DNA of 64,000 nucleotides from the human T2T-CHM13v2.0 reference genome, Homo sapiens. The notes beneath the pieces were generated by a model. The model was given only the letters and a program-made list of their open reading frames with translations, was not told the origin of the DNA and searched no databases. The stretch lies in the NCBI RefSeq assembly GCF_009914755.1, contig NC_060929.1, one strand, 5' to 3'. This document shows positions 14,078 through 30,400 of the stretch, piece by piece (position 1 is the stretch's first letter; the number at the start of each line of letters is the position of its first letter). The position numbers were made by a program, and so were the translations under genes.

Positions 14078-14715
14078 TTACCTCTGCAGGTGACATTGGG
14101 ACAGAAACCTGAATAATAATATATAGGGAAGGAAGAAACTTCAAGAACGCTTGTGGAAGAATGCTCCAGGCAGAGGGAAAGCCCCAAGAAGGAAGCCTGC
14201 CTGTTGTGTGTTTATGGGAACAGAAAATAGGACAGTGGGACTGAAACACAATAGAGAGAGAAAGAGTAGTAGGATCTGGGAACAGAGACCTAACCAGAGA
14301 ACAGATACTTAAGGGCTGTGCATGTCATGGTAAAATCTTTGAATTGTCTTTGAAGTGTGATGTAAGGCCATCAAAAAGGTTTTGAACAGATTTAAAAGGC
14401 TTACGCTGGTAGTAAGAGGCATATAGGCTCTAAGCTGGCGAGAGAGCCAGTGTGGTGAGCAGATATTGCTGTTCATCAAGACACTTATTATGCTCTCAGA
14501 GCGCTAAAATCTTCTATGAATAGAAACTTTCCATAGATATGACTCCTGTTTATTTTTCATTTTGCTTTCTAGACCCTGTTTTACCTTTCACTCTTTTAGA
14601 TAGAAGTGGACGTCACAATTTTCCCCCACTAGTCCCACAGATGAACCACTTTTCTGGTAACTATGAAAAAGAAAGATGTTCAAGTCTATAAAATATTTTC
14701 TTGGATGAATTTAGA

Positions 14716-14937
14716 GAAGGGTTTCCCAATATCAGCAGTGTTGACGTCTGGGGCCAGATAATTCTTTGTTGTTGGGGCCTGTCCTGTGATTGTGGGATGT
14801 TTAGCAGCATCCCTGACCTCTACCCACTGGATGCCAGTAGGACCCCTACAATTAACACAGTTGTGACAAACCAATTTCTCTCAGATACTGCCAAATGCTC
14901 CCTGAAGTGGCAAAATCCCTTAATTGAGAAGCACTGG
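14716..14937 (+). mobile_element. MER20 (hAT-Charlie)
   Basis: 'ggccagataattctttgttg...gatgtttagcagcatccctgacctctacccactggatgccagtag...ttgagaagcactg'. Confidence 0.9.
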
Positions 14938-15413
14938 TTTAGATATTTTGCAAAGAAAGACAGTTTTATTTCAAATATACTAGCCAAAATATTGGTTAAT
15001 ATTTTACATAAATGATTTTTAAGTGCCAAGTAAACTTTTTTTCTTTTACTTTAGGAGCCTACAAATTTTTGAAATGCTACATTACTTTTACCCATGCTTT
15101 CACCCTACCTGTTATCAAATCTCCATAACCCGTGCTTATTCAATTAATACTGCTAATTCTGTGTATTTGGATGGAGAAAACATAAGATTCCTTCAGACAT
15201 AGTGGCTTGTTAATAGGAGTTCCTGTTTAGGTCATATAATTCTCGGTTGATGAGATGGTTATTTTTACAGAAAGTTTAACAGATTTTTAAAAAGAGGTTT
15301 TATTGTTTATTTTTATATACTACTTTTTGTGAAGCAAATAGGGACTAATTTCTAATGGTATTTAATGTTTTCTCACACTTGTTATCTGAATTTCCATTGG
15401 TTTTAAAGTAGAC

Positions 15414-15731
<318 letters not shown>

Positions 15732-15764
15732 CTATAAATTAAGCTAAAATTATTTGGTATACAT

Positions 15765-16538
<774 letters not shown>

Positions 16539-16692
16539 ACATTTATTGAACAGTCAGGTGCAGAATCATGTTCTGACACACCATATCTTAGAAACACAAG
16601 ACTGACCATTCTACATTCTAGAAGTCAACATTCAAATGTGAATTCAATGTGAATGGTGGTTGTACAACATTACTGGGGTACAAAATAAATAA

Positions 16693-17094
<402 letters not shown>

Positions 17095-17127
17095 CTCATG
17101 TTCTAGGGTTATAATTGAGACAATATA

Positions 17128-18229
<1,102 letters not shown>

Positions 18230-18489
18230 CTTTGCCCAACTGGCATTTTTGTCTTTCATGGAAGATAAATCTACTGTATTCTATGTTGGTTTTAGGAATC
18301 ATGAAACGTGTACAACTTGAGCTGAACTCTGAAGGATGGGTAGAGACTGAGGGAAGATATGAGCAAAATGACCACAGACGTGGAGCAAAAGCAAGGTTTC
18401 GTTTATGAATAGCCTAGACCCATTGGGGTAGTAGGAATCTAAAATGTACCTCACTGATAGTCCTGTGTGTAGGTGGCTTAAGCAAGGAT

Positions 18490-18493
<4 letters not shown>

Positions 18494-18536
<43 letters not shown>
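18494..18536. repeat. (TG)n microsatellite
   Basis: About 21 perfect units. Confidence 0.98.
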
Positions 18537-18538
<2 letters not shown>

Positions 18539-19284
18539 TGTAATAACCATTGAAAGGTATGGATAACATAAATTTACTTGAAAATTCCAACATCAGAGAT
18601 AGTATTGTTTTTCATAGAACTACCTCCCACCACCAGAAGTTTAAGATGCATATATTAACGTACCTATTAGCATTATTATCACACCTGCTTGAGGTGTTTT
18701 ATCATGTTTGCTTGAATTACCAGAAGTCAGGGACTCTTGATAGGCTGAGTTGGGACCTTCTAGATAGAGCAAAAGCTGTGAAAAGGGAAGGTACATGCAG
18801 AAGAGTGATTCCATGGAAGCCTTGAGCCAGGAGGAAGTAGAATGAGGACACAACAACTAGAGGAAGAAAAGATCCTGGAACTGAAGAGTAGAGAGCCACA
18901 TCTACATTTGCCAACAAGCATTTTTAGAACAACATATTTTCAGTTTTACAGGGATTGGTGAATTGGAAAAAAACATTCCTATAACAAATGCAAGAGGAAT
19001 AAAAAAAAAAACAGAGTAACGAGTGCATAGCATTAACTATCTCAGTTTCCAAAATGGGATCCACTTCCTGTTGTATTGAGAAATGTAAAATAAGGGCAGA
19101 TGCTGAGGTGAAGAAACATTCTACTTAGAAAATATTCAAATCACTCTTAGAGTTTATTCATAAAAAATGTCTAAGCCTATTAAATTGGCTTCAACTCTTT
19201 AACACTTTCCAGTGTTTATAAAGATGATGAATATTGTGATTGTGAGCACTAATATTAAAACCTTAAAATTTAGAGACCAATACT

Positions 19285-19612
19285 ATTATCTTAATTTGGG
19301 CTGCTATAAGATAAATGTTATAGGATTAGTGACTCAAACAACAAAAATTAATTTCTCACAGTTCTGAACACCGGGAAGTCTGAAATCAAGGTGCCAGCTC
19401 CTGGTGTGGGCCGTCTTTCTGATTTGCAGAGGATGGAGAACTCTGGTCTTTCATCTCTTAAAAGGGCACTAATCCCATCATAGGGCTTCACCTTAACTAC
19501 CTAATGTAACCTTAATTACTTCCCAAAGGATTTACCTCCAAAAACTACCTCATTAGAAATTAGGATTTCACCATATACATTTTAGGGACATATAAACATT
19601 CTGTCCATAGCA
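19285..19612 (-). mobile_element. MLT1A-like MaLR LTR
   Basis: 'gggctgctataa...tttctcacagttctg...aaatcaaggtgccagc...aaacattctgtccatagca'. Confidence 0.8.
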
Positions 19613-20044
19613 ATTAAGATGCTCATTCCCATTTTCAATATATTTCTAAATTTGATTTTGCTAAATTTTTAAATCAATGCCTCAGGTATTTATTGCTGAT
19701 CTACAAATGTTCAAATTATGGCATAATTTTTATTTTTTAATTAGATTGAAATAAAATGTCATTTTAATTGACTTTAGGTATTATAGTTACTAAAATTTGA
19801 ACTGTAAATTTTATTAGCTAAATAGGGAAATTCATTACAAGGGAAGTAATTCCTATAAATATAGTCCAACAGGGTACATTTACATAGTCAAAATATCTTG
19901 AGGAAGAGCTATTGATTATTTAAATCTAGGATCAATCAAATATGGCATATTATTTGCTTTCAAATATTTGTGTTTGCATCGAATTTCACTAATTTTTAAT
20001 AGGATTGACTTTCAACAAAGACTTCCAGTCAAAAATTGTCCTGA

Positions 20045-20351
<307 letters not shown>

Positions 20352-21037
20352 TTATATAAGTCTGAACGCATTTGATATAAATGGAGTCTGCCAATCTTAA
20401 CTAGAGATAAATTGTTCCAATATAAATGAGAAAGAAGTCTATTTTAGATCATAACTAAGCACTTTCTAATTGACGAAAAGTGTTGAGTTAACTGGTAATA
20501 AAAAACACTACAACCACTCTAAAGCAGACACAATTTCCCAATGGCTAATGCTGAGCACAGAAGTTTTCTCTCATTTTATGTGTAAATATGAAGTTTCTAC
20601 CACAGATTAGTCACATTTGATATCAAACTGCTTAAGCTACTTGCTTAAGCTACTTTTATTGTTTTAAACCTAACAACCAGTAAAGGACTTGGGCAAATAA
20701 CATTATTTCCAAAGCCTTACAAATGTGCAAATGTGTGAAGAGCATTGATATAGATCATTCCACATCATGTAGCCTAAGATATTTTATGTAACTCTTCTCT
20801 TTCCAGATTTGAAATTTTCATTGATTAAATTTGTTAGGCACCACTTTTATTTATTTTTTTAGCTGTTACCTATGGTAAAAAGATAAATTGTGGCACAATA
20901 AAATTATTGACTTTATATGAGCAAACAACAATTATTAAAACAGGCAGCTCCAAAGCAGAAAGAGTTTGGGAACTCTACCAAAGGAATACGAAGGGGAGGT
21001 TTTTATAGGACAGATGCAGAAGTAAACAAAGAAAATA

Positions 21038-23529
21038 CATATATACCTTTTTAAATTGTTCTTTATTGTGCTTTGCAGATACTGCATTTTTTAATACAAA
21101 TTAAACATTTGTGGCAATCCTGCATCGAGCAAGCTTATCAGCACCGTTTTTCCAATATTATATTCTCACTTTGTGACTCTGTGTTACATTTTGGTAATTA
21201 TTGTAACATTTCAAACTTTTTTCATTATTCTGTCTGCTATGGCGATCTGTGATCAGTGATCTTTGACATTACTATTGTAATTGTTCTAGGACACCATGAA
21301 GCATGCCCACGTAAGACAGCGAACTTAACAAATGTTGTATGTGTTCTGACTGCTCCACCAACCAGATGTTTACTCATCTCTCTTCCTCTCCTCGGGTCTC
21401 CCTATTCCCTGAGACATAAAATATTGAATTAAGTCAACTGATAACCCTACAATGGCCTCTAAGTGTTCAAGTAAAAGGAAGAGTTGCACATCTCCCACTC
21501 TACATCAAAAGCTAGAAATGATTAAGCTTTGTAAAGAAGGCACATTAAAAGCCAAGATAGGTCAAAAGCTAAGCCTCTTGCACCAGTTAGCCAATTTGCG
21601 AGTGCAATGGAAAAGTTCTTGAAGGAGACTAAAAGTTCTACTCCAGTGAACATACAAATGATAAGAAAGTGAAACAGCCTTATTGCTGATACACAGAAAG
21701 TTTGAGTGCTCTGGATAGAAGATCAAACCAGTCACAAACATTCCCTTAAGCCAAAGCCTAACCCAGAGAAAGCCCTAACTCTCTTTGATTTTATGAAGGC
21801 TGAGAGAGGTAAGAAAACTGCAGAAGAAAAGTTGTGGAAGCTAGCAGAAATTGGTTCATGAGGTTTCAGGAAGCAAACTGTCTCTATAACATAAAAGGGC
21901 AAAGTGAAACAGTCATTGCTGATGTAGAAGCTGCAACAAGTTATCCTGAAGATCTAACTAAGATAATTAATGAGGGTATCTATAATAAACCACAGATTTT
22001 TATCAATGTAGATAAAACATCCTTCTATTGGAAGAAAATGCCATCTAGGACTTTCATAATTAGAGAAGAGAACTCCATGCTTGGCTTCAAAGCTTCAAGC
22101 TTCAAAGGTCAGGCTGACTCTCCTATTAGGGGCTACTGTAGCTGGTGACTTGAAGTTGAAGCCAGTGCTCAAAAAATCCTAGGGTCCTTAAAATTATGCA
22201 AAATCTATTTGGTTTGTGGTCTATTTGATTGGTGCAAAAGTAATTACAGGTTTTGCCATAAAAGCAATGGCAAAACCTGTAATTACTTTTGCACCAACCT
22301 AATATAAATAGAATCACAAAGCTTGGATGACAGCAAGGTTTACTGAATATTTTCAGCCCACTGTTGAGACTTACTGTTCAGAAAAAAAATTTCCTTTCAA
22401 AATATTGAGGCTTGCTGACCATGAACCTGGTCACCCAAGAGCTTCAATGGACATGTTTAAGGAGATCAATGTGGTTTTTTTTATGCCTGTTAACACAGTA
22501 TCTATTCTACAGCCCATGGATCAATGAGTACCTTTGAATTTCAAGATTTATTATTTAAGAAATACATTTCACTCCTTGTCTCCCTCTCTGTCCATCTCTA
22601 AAAAAACACAAAGGAAGGAAGGAAGGGAGGGAGGGAGGGAGGGAAATACATTTCATAAAGTTATAGCTTTCATATAGAGAGATTCCTCTGATCTGTGCAA
22701 AGTAAATTGAAAACCTTCTGGAAAAAAAATTCATCATTGTAGATCCAATTAAGAACATTTGTGACTCCTCAGAGGTCAAAATATCAACATTAATTGGAGT
22801 TTAAAAGAAGTTGATTTCAACCCTTATGGATGGCTTTGTAAAGTTCAAGTCACTGAAGATGGGGAGGAAATACTAAGAAAACCAGAACTAGCCTGAAGAT
22901 GTGACTGAATTTACTGCAATCTCAGGATAAAACTTTAATGGATGAGTTGTTTCTTATGGATAAGCAAAAAAAAAAAAAAGGTTCCTTTAGACGGAATCGA
23001 TTCCTGGTGAAGATTTTGTGAACATTGCTGAAATAACAAGAAAGGATTTAAAATAGTAAATAAACTTAGTTGATAATACAGTGGGAGAGTTTGAGAAGAT
23101 TGACTTTGATTTTGGAAGATATTCTATTGTGGGTAAAATACTATCAAACATAGCATGCTACAGAAAACTCTTTCATGAAAGGAACTTCATTATTGTCATA
23201 TTTTAAGAAATTGCCACAGCCACCCCAACCTTCAGCAACCACAACCCTGAATAGTCAGCAGCCATTAACATCGAGGCAAGACTCTCCATTGGCAAATTTG
23301 CTGAAGGTTCAGATGATTCTTAGAATCTTTTCAGCAATAAAGTGGTTTTTAGCTAAGTTATTTATAATTTTTTACACATAATGCTATTCACAATAGATTA
23401 CAGCACAGTGTAAACATAACTGTTACATGCATTGGGAGACCACAAAATTTGTATGACTCACTATATAGCAATATTCATTTTATTGCATTCGTATGGAACT
23501 AAACCTGCAATAAATCCCAGGTATGCCTG
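21038..23529 (+). mobile_element. Near full-length Tigger1 with decayed transposase
   Basis: Both ends present (3' 'aggtatgcctg'+TA); ORF fragments 21834-22148 ([28 protein letters not shown]) and 22327-22527 ([11 protein letters not shown]) carry pogo/CENP-B DDE motifs. Confidence 0.95.
22224..22302. mobile_element. MADE1 MITE (Hsmar1 derivative) nested in Tigger1
   Basis: ttggtgcaaaagtaatt...aattacttttgcaccaacctaa palindrome of ~80 bp, flanked by TA. Confidence 0.93.
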
Positions 23530-23802
23530 TATTTGACTGGTTACAGTTATACAGTTGCCATATTTGGTCTATCTAGTCAGGAAGTTTCCAGTTAAATAGT
23601 TACACGGGTTTTTTTGGCTCCTTCTAATTGGCTGAGCTTAAGTTCTCTTTTTATTTGATATAGGCATTTAGAAGAAATAGCTAAAGTTAAGTTTTGCTTA
23701 TGTTGGCAAATCAAGCAAGATTTAGGTCACTTATGAGGCCTAACTTGCTTTCTCTGCTCAGGGATTTTTCAGGCTAGCTCTTCTTTCTAATTTACTTTAA
23801 AA

Positions 23803-26800
23803 ATTCCCCTCTTTTGGTCATTCTTTCAGCATACCGAGAGTGTGTCCAAACAGTGTAGCATTACTCTTAGTTACCATTATTTATGTAGTCACTGGAACAA
23901 AGATTCAAGGAAATGTTATCATCATCAATAGTTGCATTGCCATGTAAGGTCACCTCATCTCTGTTTTTCAAGGTTGCATAGTCATTGTGGCTTGAGTGGT
24001 CCAGTTATTGGGTTCTTTAGGTTGTTGAGTTCTTCAAGTCATGTAATCCTGATGGCAATCATTTGACATGAGTGGCTGCTGAAAAGCGTTTAATACTCTT
24101 GAGCGGATACTGTGCAGTAGGAAAGTGAATACCATGAGTGTAAGGAGAATAATAGTCAAGGATTTCAAAAGACTTCACAGCAGAAATTCCTGGGAGCCAT
24201 GATTTAACTGACTAAATACATTAATAAAGGAGGCAACACATCTCTGATGAAAGACTTACATTTGTTTCTGAAGATAATTTAAATTTGGGGCAATAATTTC
24301 TGATTATTAACATAGAAACATTTTTATATGCATAAGTACAAGCTCCTCCTTGTCAAGTTGTTAAGTTATCCATAAGTTTAATATTTTGGAGTACTGCTGA
24401 GGCTAAATTGTTCATTTCAGATTTTATTGCGCGAGGAAAATTCAAGCCCTCATTCTATAGAAAACAAAAGAAAAACAAGTTAATAGTTGGGCCACATTAT
24501 GATCTTAGTTTTTGAGTTCAGAATGTTGCTAGTCAAGATTTCTAATTTGAGTTTGCAGCATCTTTAGATGACAGAATGAGGATGGCAGTTGCAATCTGAT
24601 GAGCCAGTTTGAATATCTCTGATTATATCATCAGCAATTTTGATGAACTCTTTGAGTGACCCACATTGCAGAAGGCATGAAAATTGTTCATACGTGACCT
24701 GTTTTAACTTTTCTGATGTTTCTATCCAGTCATTTAATTTCAGTTTGCCGGGCTTGGGAAAGGGGCAATTTTAGTTTTTATTGAAACTAGAAAAATTTAC
24801 GATGCAATCCAATTTGTGAGTGGATAACAAACCTCTAAGATAATAAAGAGGACTAGAATTTTATAATGGGTGTGCTGTAGTTTTCTATTAAAATACACTC
24901 CTTTTTATAATCACCCATTTTTTTTACCAAAAATAATCACCAAATTTACCCAAAATAAGCCTTATCTTTTTAAAAAAGCTTAAGCTCATTGAACTCGACC
25001 TGATTATTTATATAAGTGCAACAATACTGATTCTATGCATATTTTAAAGTATGACATTTAAGTTGTAGGTTTGGTAATAGCCAATGGGCCTTACAGACTT
25101 TGTATAAGTCAGTCTTAGTTGGTTGTTTGTTTTTTTAAAATGATTTGGTAATAAGGAATCTGAAGTTAAAACTTCTAAAACCTCTCCGGACTAAAAGTCA
25201 AGCCAAGGACTTGTCCAATTTTATCCTATTATGAGGACAACAGATTCTTATGGAACGTATGCAAATACTCATATTGCCATGAAAATAAGAATAGTTAGTG
25301 AGAGTTTCTAAATTACACAGTGATCAGGTAGATAGAAAAATGTAAATATTTTTGTTTGCAGAAGTACATTTTGTCAAACCACTGTAAGTCATAGACAGCT
25401 TAAGAGAACCAAGAAAAAGAATTCCTTAAATCTGAAAAATAAGACATTAAAGAACCAGCAATATTTTAAAGAAATGTCATAAGAGACATAATTATTCTCA
25501 TCAGTTAATTTAGCCCCATGTAATTAATTATCATTTTGTTCAATATTGACTTAGCAGTTTTATGAATCCATCAGTTTTCCAACTGAGTTCTGGAAATCCT
25601 TACCCAGTTCAATAGTACAATCTTAAAGTTATCAGAAACCTGTACTTGTCAGTCTTTTTAATGAAATCTTTGTAATTTTGTACCATAGCTGCTTGTAAAA
25701 GGTTTCATGAAAGCATCAAAGTTAAATAACTGTCTGCGGATGACAAAAGACTTAAAATGACCACGATCGAAGAACTGATGAGAGCTCATTATAATGCTAT
25801 TGACAAAGAAATTTGGTTGTTTTTGTGACATGCAACATTTTGAGATGATAACTAGAGATAGGACTATCATACTAGAACATATCAGATTTCTAGAAATTTC
25901 ATATACTTATTGGAACATCTACATTACAGAATATATATTATATTAGGTATATAGGTATATATTAGGTATATATAGGTATATACTAGGTATATATATATTA
26001 GGTGTATATATATATATATATAAGGTGTATATATATAATATATATATATATAGCAACCTAAGAAGACTAAACATTACCTGTATTTGACAATACTTCCCAT
26101 GTAATTTAACATATCAAATAAGCCTAATTAGTTTAACATTTCTCTTATGAAGAGAGAGGACAAATCTTTTGAGATATTCTAGGCAGATTATCTAACAGAT
26201 AAACCAAAACTATTGTTTTTTATAATCTCTTAGTAAAACTGATCAGTTATCCAAGAAAGCATTATCCTTTTTAACACAGAGGAAACAAAATTTTAGCTTT
26301 TTATCAGAACATTATTGAACTAATTTATCTAATCTTAGTAGTTTGACCACACATAAATTTTTTTTCACAGACTGCCTACAGCTTTCTATATCTGTTCAGT
26401 TTTTGTCTTACTCTTTCACTCCTTTTTTATTCTATAATAGTCATCTTAATTTAAGACAAATTTACTCTTTTTTCCTTTAGTGAAAACACATGCCTTATAT
26501 ACTTTTCTTTATTAAAAACATCCTACTTTTTTGTACACTTTTTGCATACAGTTGTTTTCATTCATCCTTAGTACTTCTAGTAGTTTTAATTACATACAAC
26601 ATTTAGAGTTCTTAACCCCTAGTAACCTTCGTATCTAGTGAAAACTGGTAAATGCATAATTTAATAACTTATAAAATATATATTTCCTCACAGTATGCAT
26701 ATTTCTTATGTAACACAGGGCACACTTACCAGCAGATCCAAATATCTCTAATTCCTCTTTAAGAAGCAGCCAAAAATAGATAAGCTCAAACTTATGTTCA

Positions 26801-26880
26801 GCAATTAATGTGTAAGTAGTTTATCTTATTTGGAAATGATCTATATATTTAATGAATATCTATCATTTAATTTAACTTAC
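23803..26880 (-). mobile_element. Decayed ERV1 (MER4-group) internal sequence
   Basis: Contiguous with the PPT and LTR; AT-rich motifs recalled from MER4-type internals ('cttaaagttatcagaaacctgtacttgtcag'); no ORFs. Confidence 0.6.
25930..26052. repeat. (TA)n / TAGGTATA low-complexity repeat
   Basis: Direct reading. Confidence 0.9.
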
Positions 26881-27714
26881 ATGAGAACAAATATATGAGG
26901 AATGGAACACAAAACTGAGACTTTTTTTATAGTAGAATGGATCAAGGTAAGATTTCAGGCTTACAATGAGGGACACTTGCATGCCAAAGCACAGCAGGTA
27001 GGTCTCTAAGTGAGGAAAGATGCTCTAGGCCAATTCTCACTTATTTCCTAATTTTTTTAAGGTAAACTTGGAGTACTGTAAATAAAATCTGTGAGCTACT
27101 GTACTGACTCCTTAATAGATTCTTTTTTCTAAAACTTAAATATTGTAATAACCTTATTAAGGATCTGGTTACATAACTCCTGATTAATTAAAGTTTGTGG
27201 GAGTTTTTCTCCTGTCTGCATATTTGGTAAAAGTAACTTGATCCCTGAAGATCTCTAGTGACTATTCAATTCTCTGTTTTGATTTGTTAATAAAAGTTTT
27301 ACTTATATAACTTTCTCATTTATTAAATATATTTTCTTCCTGCTCTGTTTTTAGTTCCAAATATAGTGATGATCAGGTATTTCTTTTATTGAATATGTTT
27401 CCTAGTTGGTAATGGATTTATATCAGATTGTAAGAGACAGAACTCTTAACTTTCCTTTTCATCCTGGAATATTTCACTACTTAATACCTTTCAATAAAGT
27501 GATTTTTTTTTTTTACCAATATGGTCAAAGAATAACCAAATATTCTATAAGTAGTAGTTTTCTAAATATTCTTGTTAGAAGGATGACATCTGGCTAGCTG
27601 CTACTTCATTGAAAAGACAAGATATAAACGTATTGGTATACTCTCCTAAAGGCTCCTTCAAGTACATATTAATGTCAGATTAATTACTAGAATATTCTGG
27701 TTCTGGCAAAATCT

Positions 27715-27870
27715 TAGCAGTAGTAGTGACTCCAATGTGGCAATACATTAGAAAAAAAAATACATGCTTTATAACTTTATAAAGATACTGATACCTGGGC
27801 CTTCCCCCAGACAAATTAAATGAGATTCTATGGAAGTGCAGGCTGGACATCTCTGTTTTTTAGAAACCTA
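27715..27870. mobile_element. MER5-like hAT fragment
   Basis: 'atactgatacctgggccttcccccagacaaattaaatgagattct'. Confidence 0.6.
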
Positions 27871-29571
27871 ACCACCAAATAATTATATGTTAAATGTTCT
27901 ATCACATATAAATTTGTTAAAACATTTCTTCACAGTGGTTGAAAACTACCAGAAACTCTAAGTGTATGTTTCTAGAATCCAGACAGTCTTGAGCCTTGAA
28001 TTTGAAAATAACTTCCATAATTAAAATATCTAAGAGTTGGAAATAGAATATGAATACTTCTGTGCAAAATATGAATTTAATTCATTAAATTCATAATGAA
28101 TTAAATTCTTATGTCTAAATTTGAAAGGTTTGAAAATCTTCTAAGAAATTAATTTGCCACTTAATAAAATAGACATTTTGGAGGTTTTTCAAGTTGAATT
28201 TCAAAAGGCAATTTATTGTCAAATTTCATTTTAATTGTTAGCCTTAATTTCTCTTATCACTTTGAAATGGCTTTCAAACTCTCTGCTGTGTTCATTTAGA
28301 CCAATTTTTCCTTTTTTTTAACCTGTCATTCTCTTCTTACCTAATTGTTTATTTCATACTTAAATGGGAAAGTAATATTTGAAATTGATATTGTAGTACA
28401 TCATTGCATAGAAGGTATTTTCAATATAAAGTTCAATTAGTTTAATCAAACATTTACTGAATGTTATAGGCTCTTTACTAGCATCAAAGAAGTCCAAAGG
28501 GCTTCCTTCCTTCCATTTTACTTTGTATGTGATAAATTATTTTATTTTGAAATGTTTTACTATAAACATTGTGGCACAAGTGTGTGTTTTGAGTGGGGGT
28601 GGAGTAAGATAAGTTTATTCTTTAAGGACAGTAATTTAGTATTTGAAATACTGTAGTCAAGATTGCAAATTCTAGAAGCATTTAAAGAAAAGTATTAAAG
28701 TTGATACCAAAGGTTTATTAATTAACATTACAAATGTTAGAAAAGAAAATTTTTGAAAAAAATGAGTGTTTAAGGCATTTAATTGGACAGCCAGTTTATG
28801 CAGGTGCCACCTTTAGAATAAATAAGGTTTAAAAGTCAGTCAAGTTCTAGAACTTCTGGAGGACTCTTACCTCACTCAGATAAAGGGATGCACACTAGAG
28901 AATATTTTGACACCTGCCTCATAGTGAAATCTTGAAGCAAGGTGCTTGTCTGAGTATCTGAGGACAGAGTGGAATTTTCCAGACCTTCTTGAACTGGACC
29001 GTATGTATTTGTATTTTATTTTATTCCATTTCATGTTGCATATTTGCTAATACAAGTTTGTATCTCAATAGTGTTCTGTTGACCCTTGCTTGCATTTACT
29101 AATATCACTTGGGAGGCAGTCTGTGGATAAGGGCTATCTATATATGGCCAGAATATATGCCTCCTTATCAAAAGAGCTCGTTACTTCCTGATTGTCCAAT
29201 TTGGCCTAGGTCAGTTCACAACACTTTCTTTTTTTCCTTCCTGCTTTCCTCATTATATCTTTTCTTTTTTTCATCTCTTTTCCTCTCCATTTTCAATATT
29301 TGTTTATTGAAGTTTTACTGTCTTCCCAGCATGGTGTAAGGAATTAAGTAAAACTTTCCTAATTTATATTTTATCCCAGTACAGAAAACGGAAGTCTTTC
29401 TTGCATAGACTCAAAATTCACCATAGTTAAGAAAGCTGCACCTCTTTGCCATTGTTTCTTCAGCAACAAACCTGAAAGCCCCCTAGCTACTCTTATGACT
29501 CCCCAGCCTAATACCAGGTAGTTTTCTATAATTTTGGTTGTGACCTCTATGTTATGACTGAAAACTAAAAA

Positions 29572-29615
29572 TAAAAGTAATGGCAAAACCCACGATTACT
29601 TTTGCACCATTCTAT
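29572..29615. mobile_element. MADE1 half element
   Basis: 'aaaagtaatggcaaaacccacgattacttttgcacca'. Confidence 0.8.
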
Positions 29616-30352
29616 AGATAATTAATAGATAATGTATGCATCTAATGGTTTGAGATTTTTAGGCTGCCATCTGCCATGTTAATGTTAATTTAGAGTGGAA
29701 TGGTCACACCAGGATTTATATAGCAACAGGACTACCTGTTAGAAAGGCAGGTCAATGAGTGAGGTTAATTCGGAATGAGTTGACAAGAATAATATTGAGA
29801 CAAGGTAGGCAAGCTGTAGGAATTAGCAACCATGGATTTACAATAGAAGGACCATCAGCATCCAGAGGACACAAACTGAGAAATATATGAGGTGACAATG
29901 AGGTGACAAGTCAAGTCAAGGATTCTGGTTAATAGGAGAGTGAGCTCTCCTCCAGGGCCTGCAGGCTTACCACAGAGCACTTGAGCCCACTGCTGAGTGC
30001 TAGTCAGCTGTCTCTTCACAGGTAACTTTCTATGCCTTTTTCTGTTCACAAGGATGATGGCTAACTGGGACTATTACTCTATAATGGGCAAAAATTATGT
30101 GCTTATTGTTTTTCATTGAACCCCAGAGATGTTCACATGGGTTTATTCAAGGATAGCAGATAATGTAAGATAATCTCAAGTTCATAAACCAGATATATCT
30201 TGTTTTGGTGTGTTATTTTTCAAAATGTCATGTTTTCTTACTGCTATGGACTTTATAAACATGTTAACTCAGGTGATTGTATGATGAACTCACTTCCATG
30301 ACTTGATTAGGTATTTCATGCCTCAGTGTGTGTAACGATGTCTATGTCTTAC

Positions 30353-30400
30353 CCCAGGAGTGAAGAGTGCTTCTTTAATTTATTTGGCTCATTGTACTCT
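30353..30400 (-). other. Candidate 48-nt internal exon
   Basis: Minus strand: ctttgttttccctcatctcttttgtag|AGAGTAC...CTCCTGGG|gtaaga. Confidence 0.4.

Larger units (their letters stand above)
20863..23802 (-). mobile_element. ERV1 MER4-group 3' LTR (MER67-like), split by Tigger1
   Basis: Minus strand begins '...taaagtaaattag...ccctgagcaga...gttaggcctcataagtgacc' immediately after polypurine tract 'aaaagaggggaat'. Confidence 0.6.

Noticed and set aside
20629-20655. 13-bp tandem duplication tgcttaagctact
   Set aside because: Ordinary slippage duplication
21834-22527. Transposase-like ORFs as a domesticated TIGD-like gene
   Set aside because: Stops, frameshifts and a MADE1 insertion break the frame
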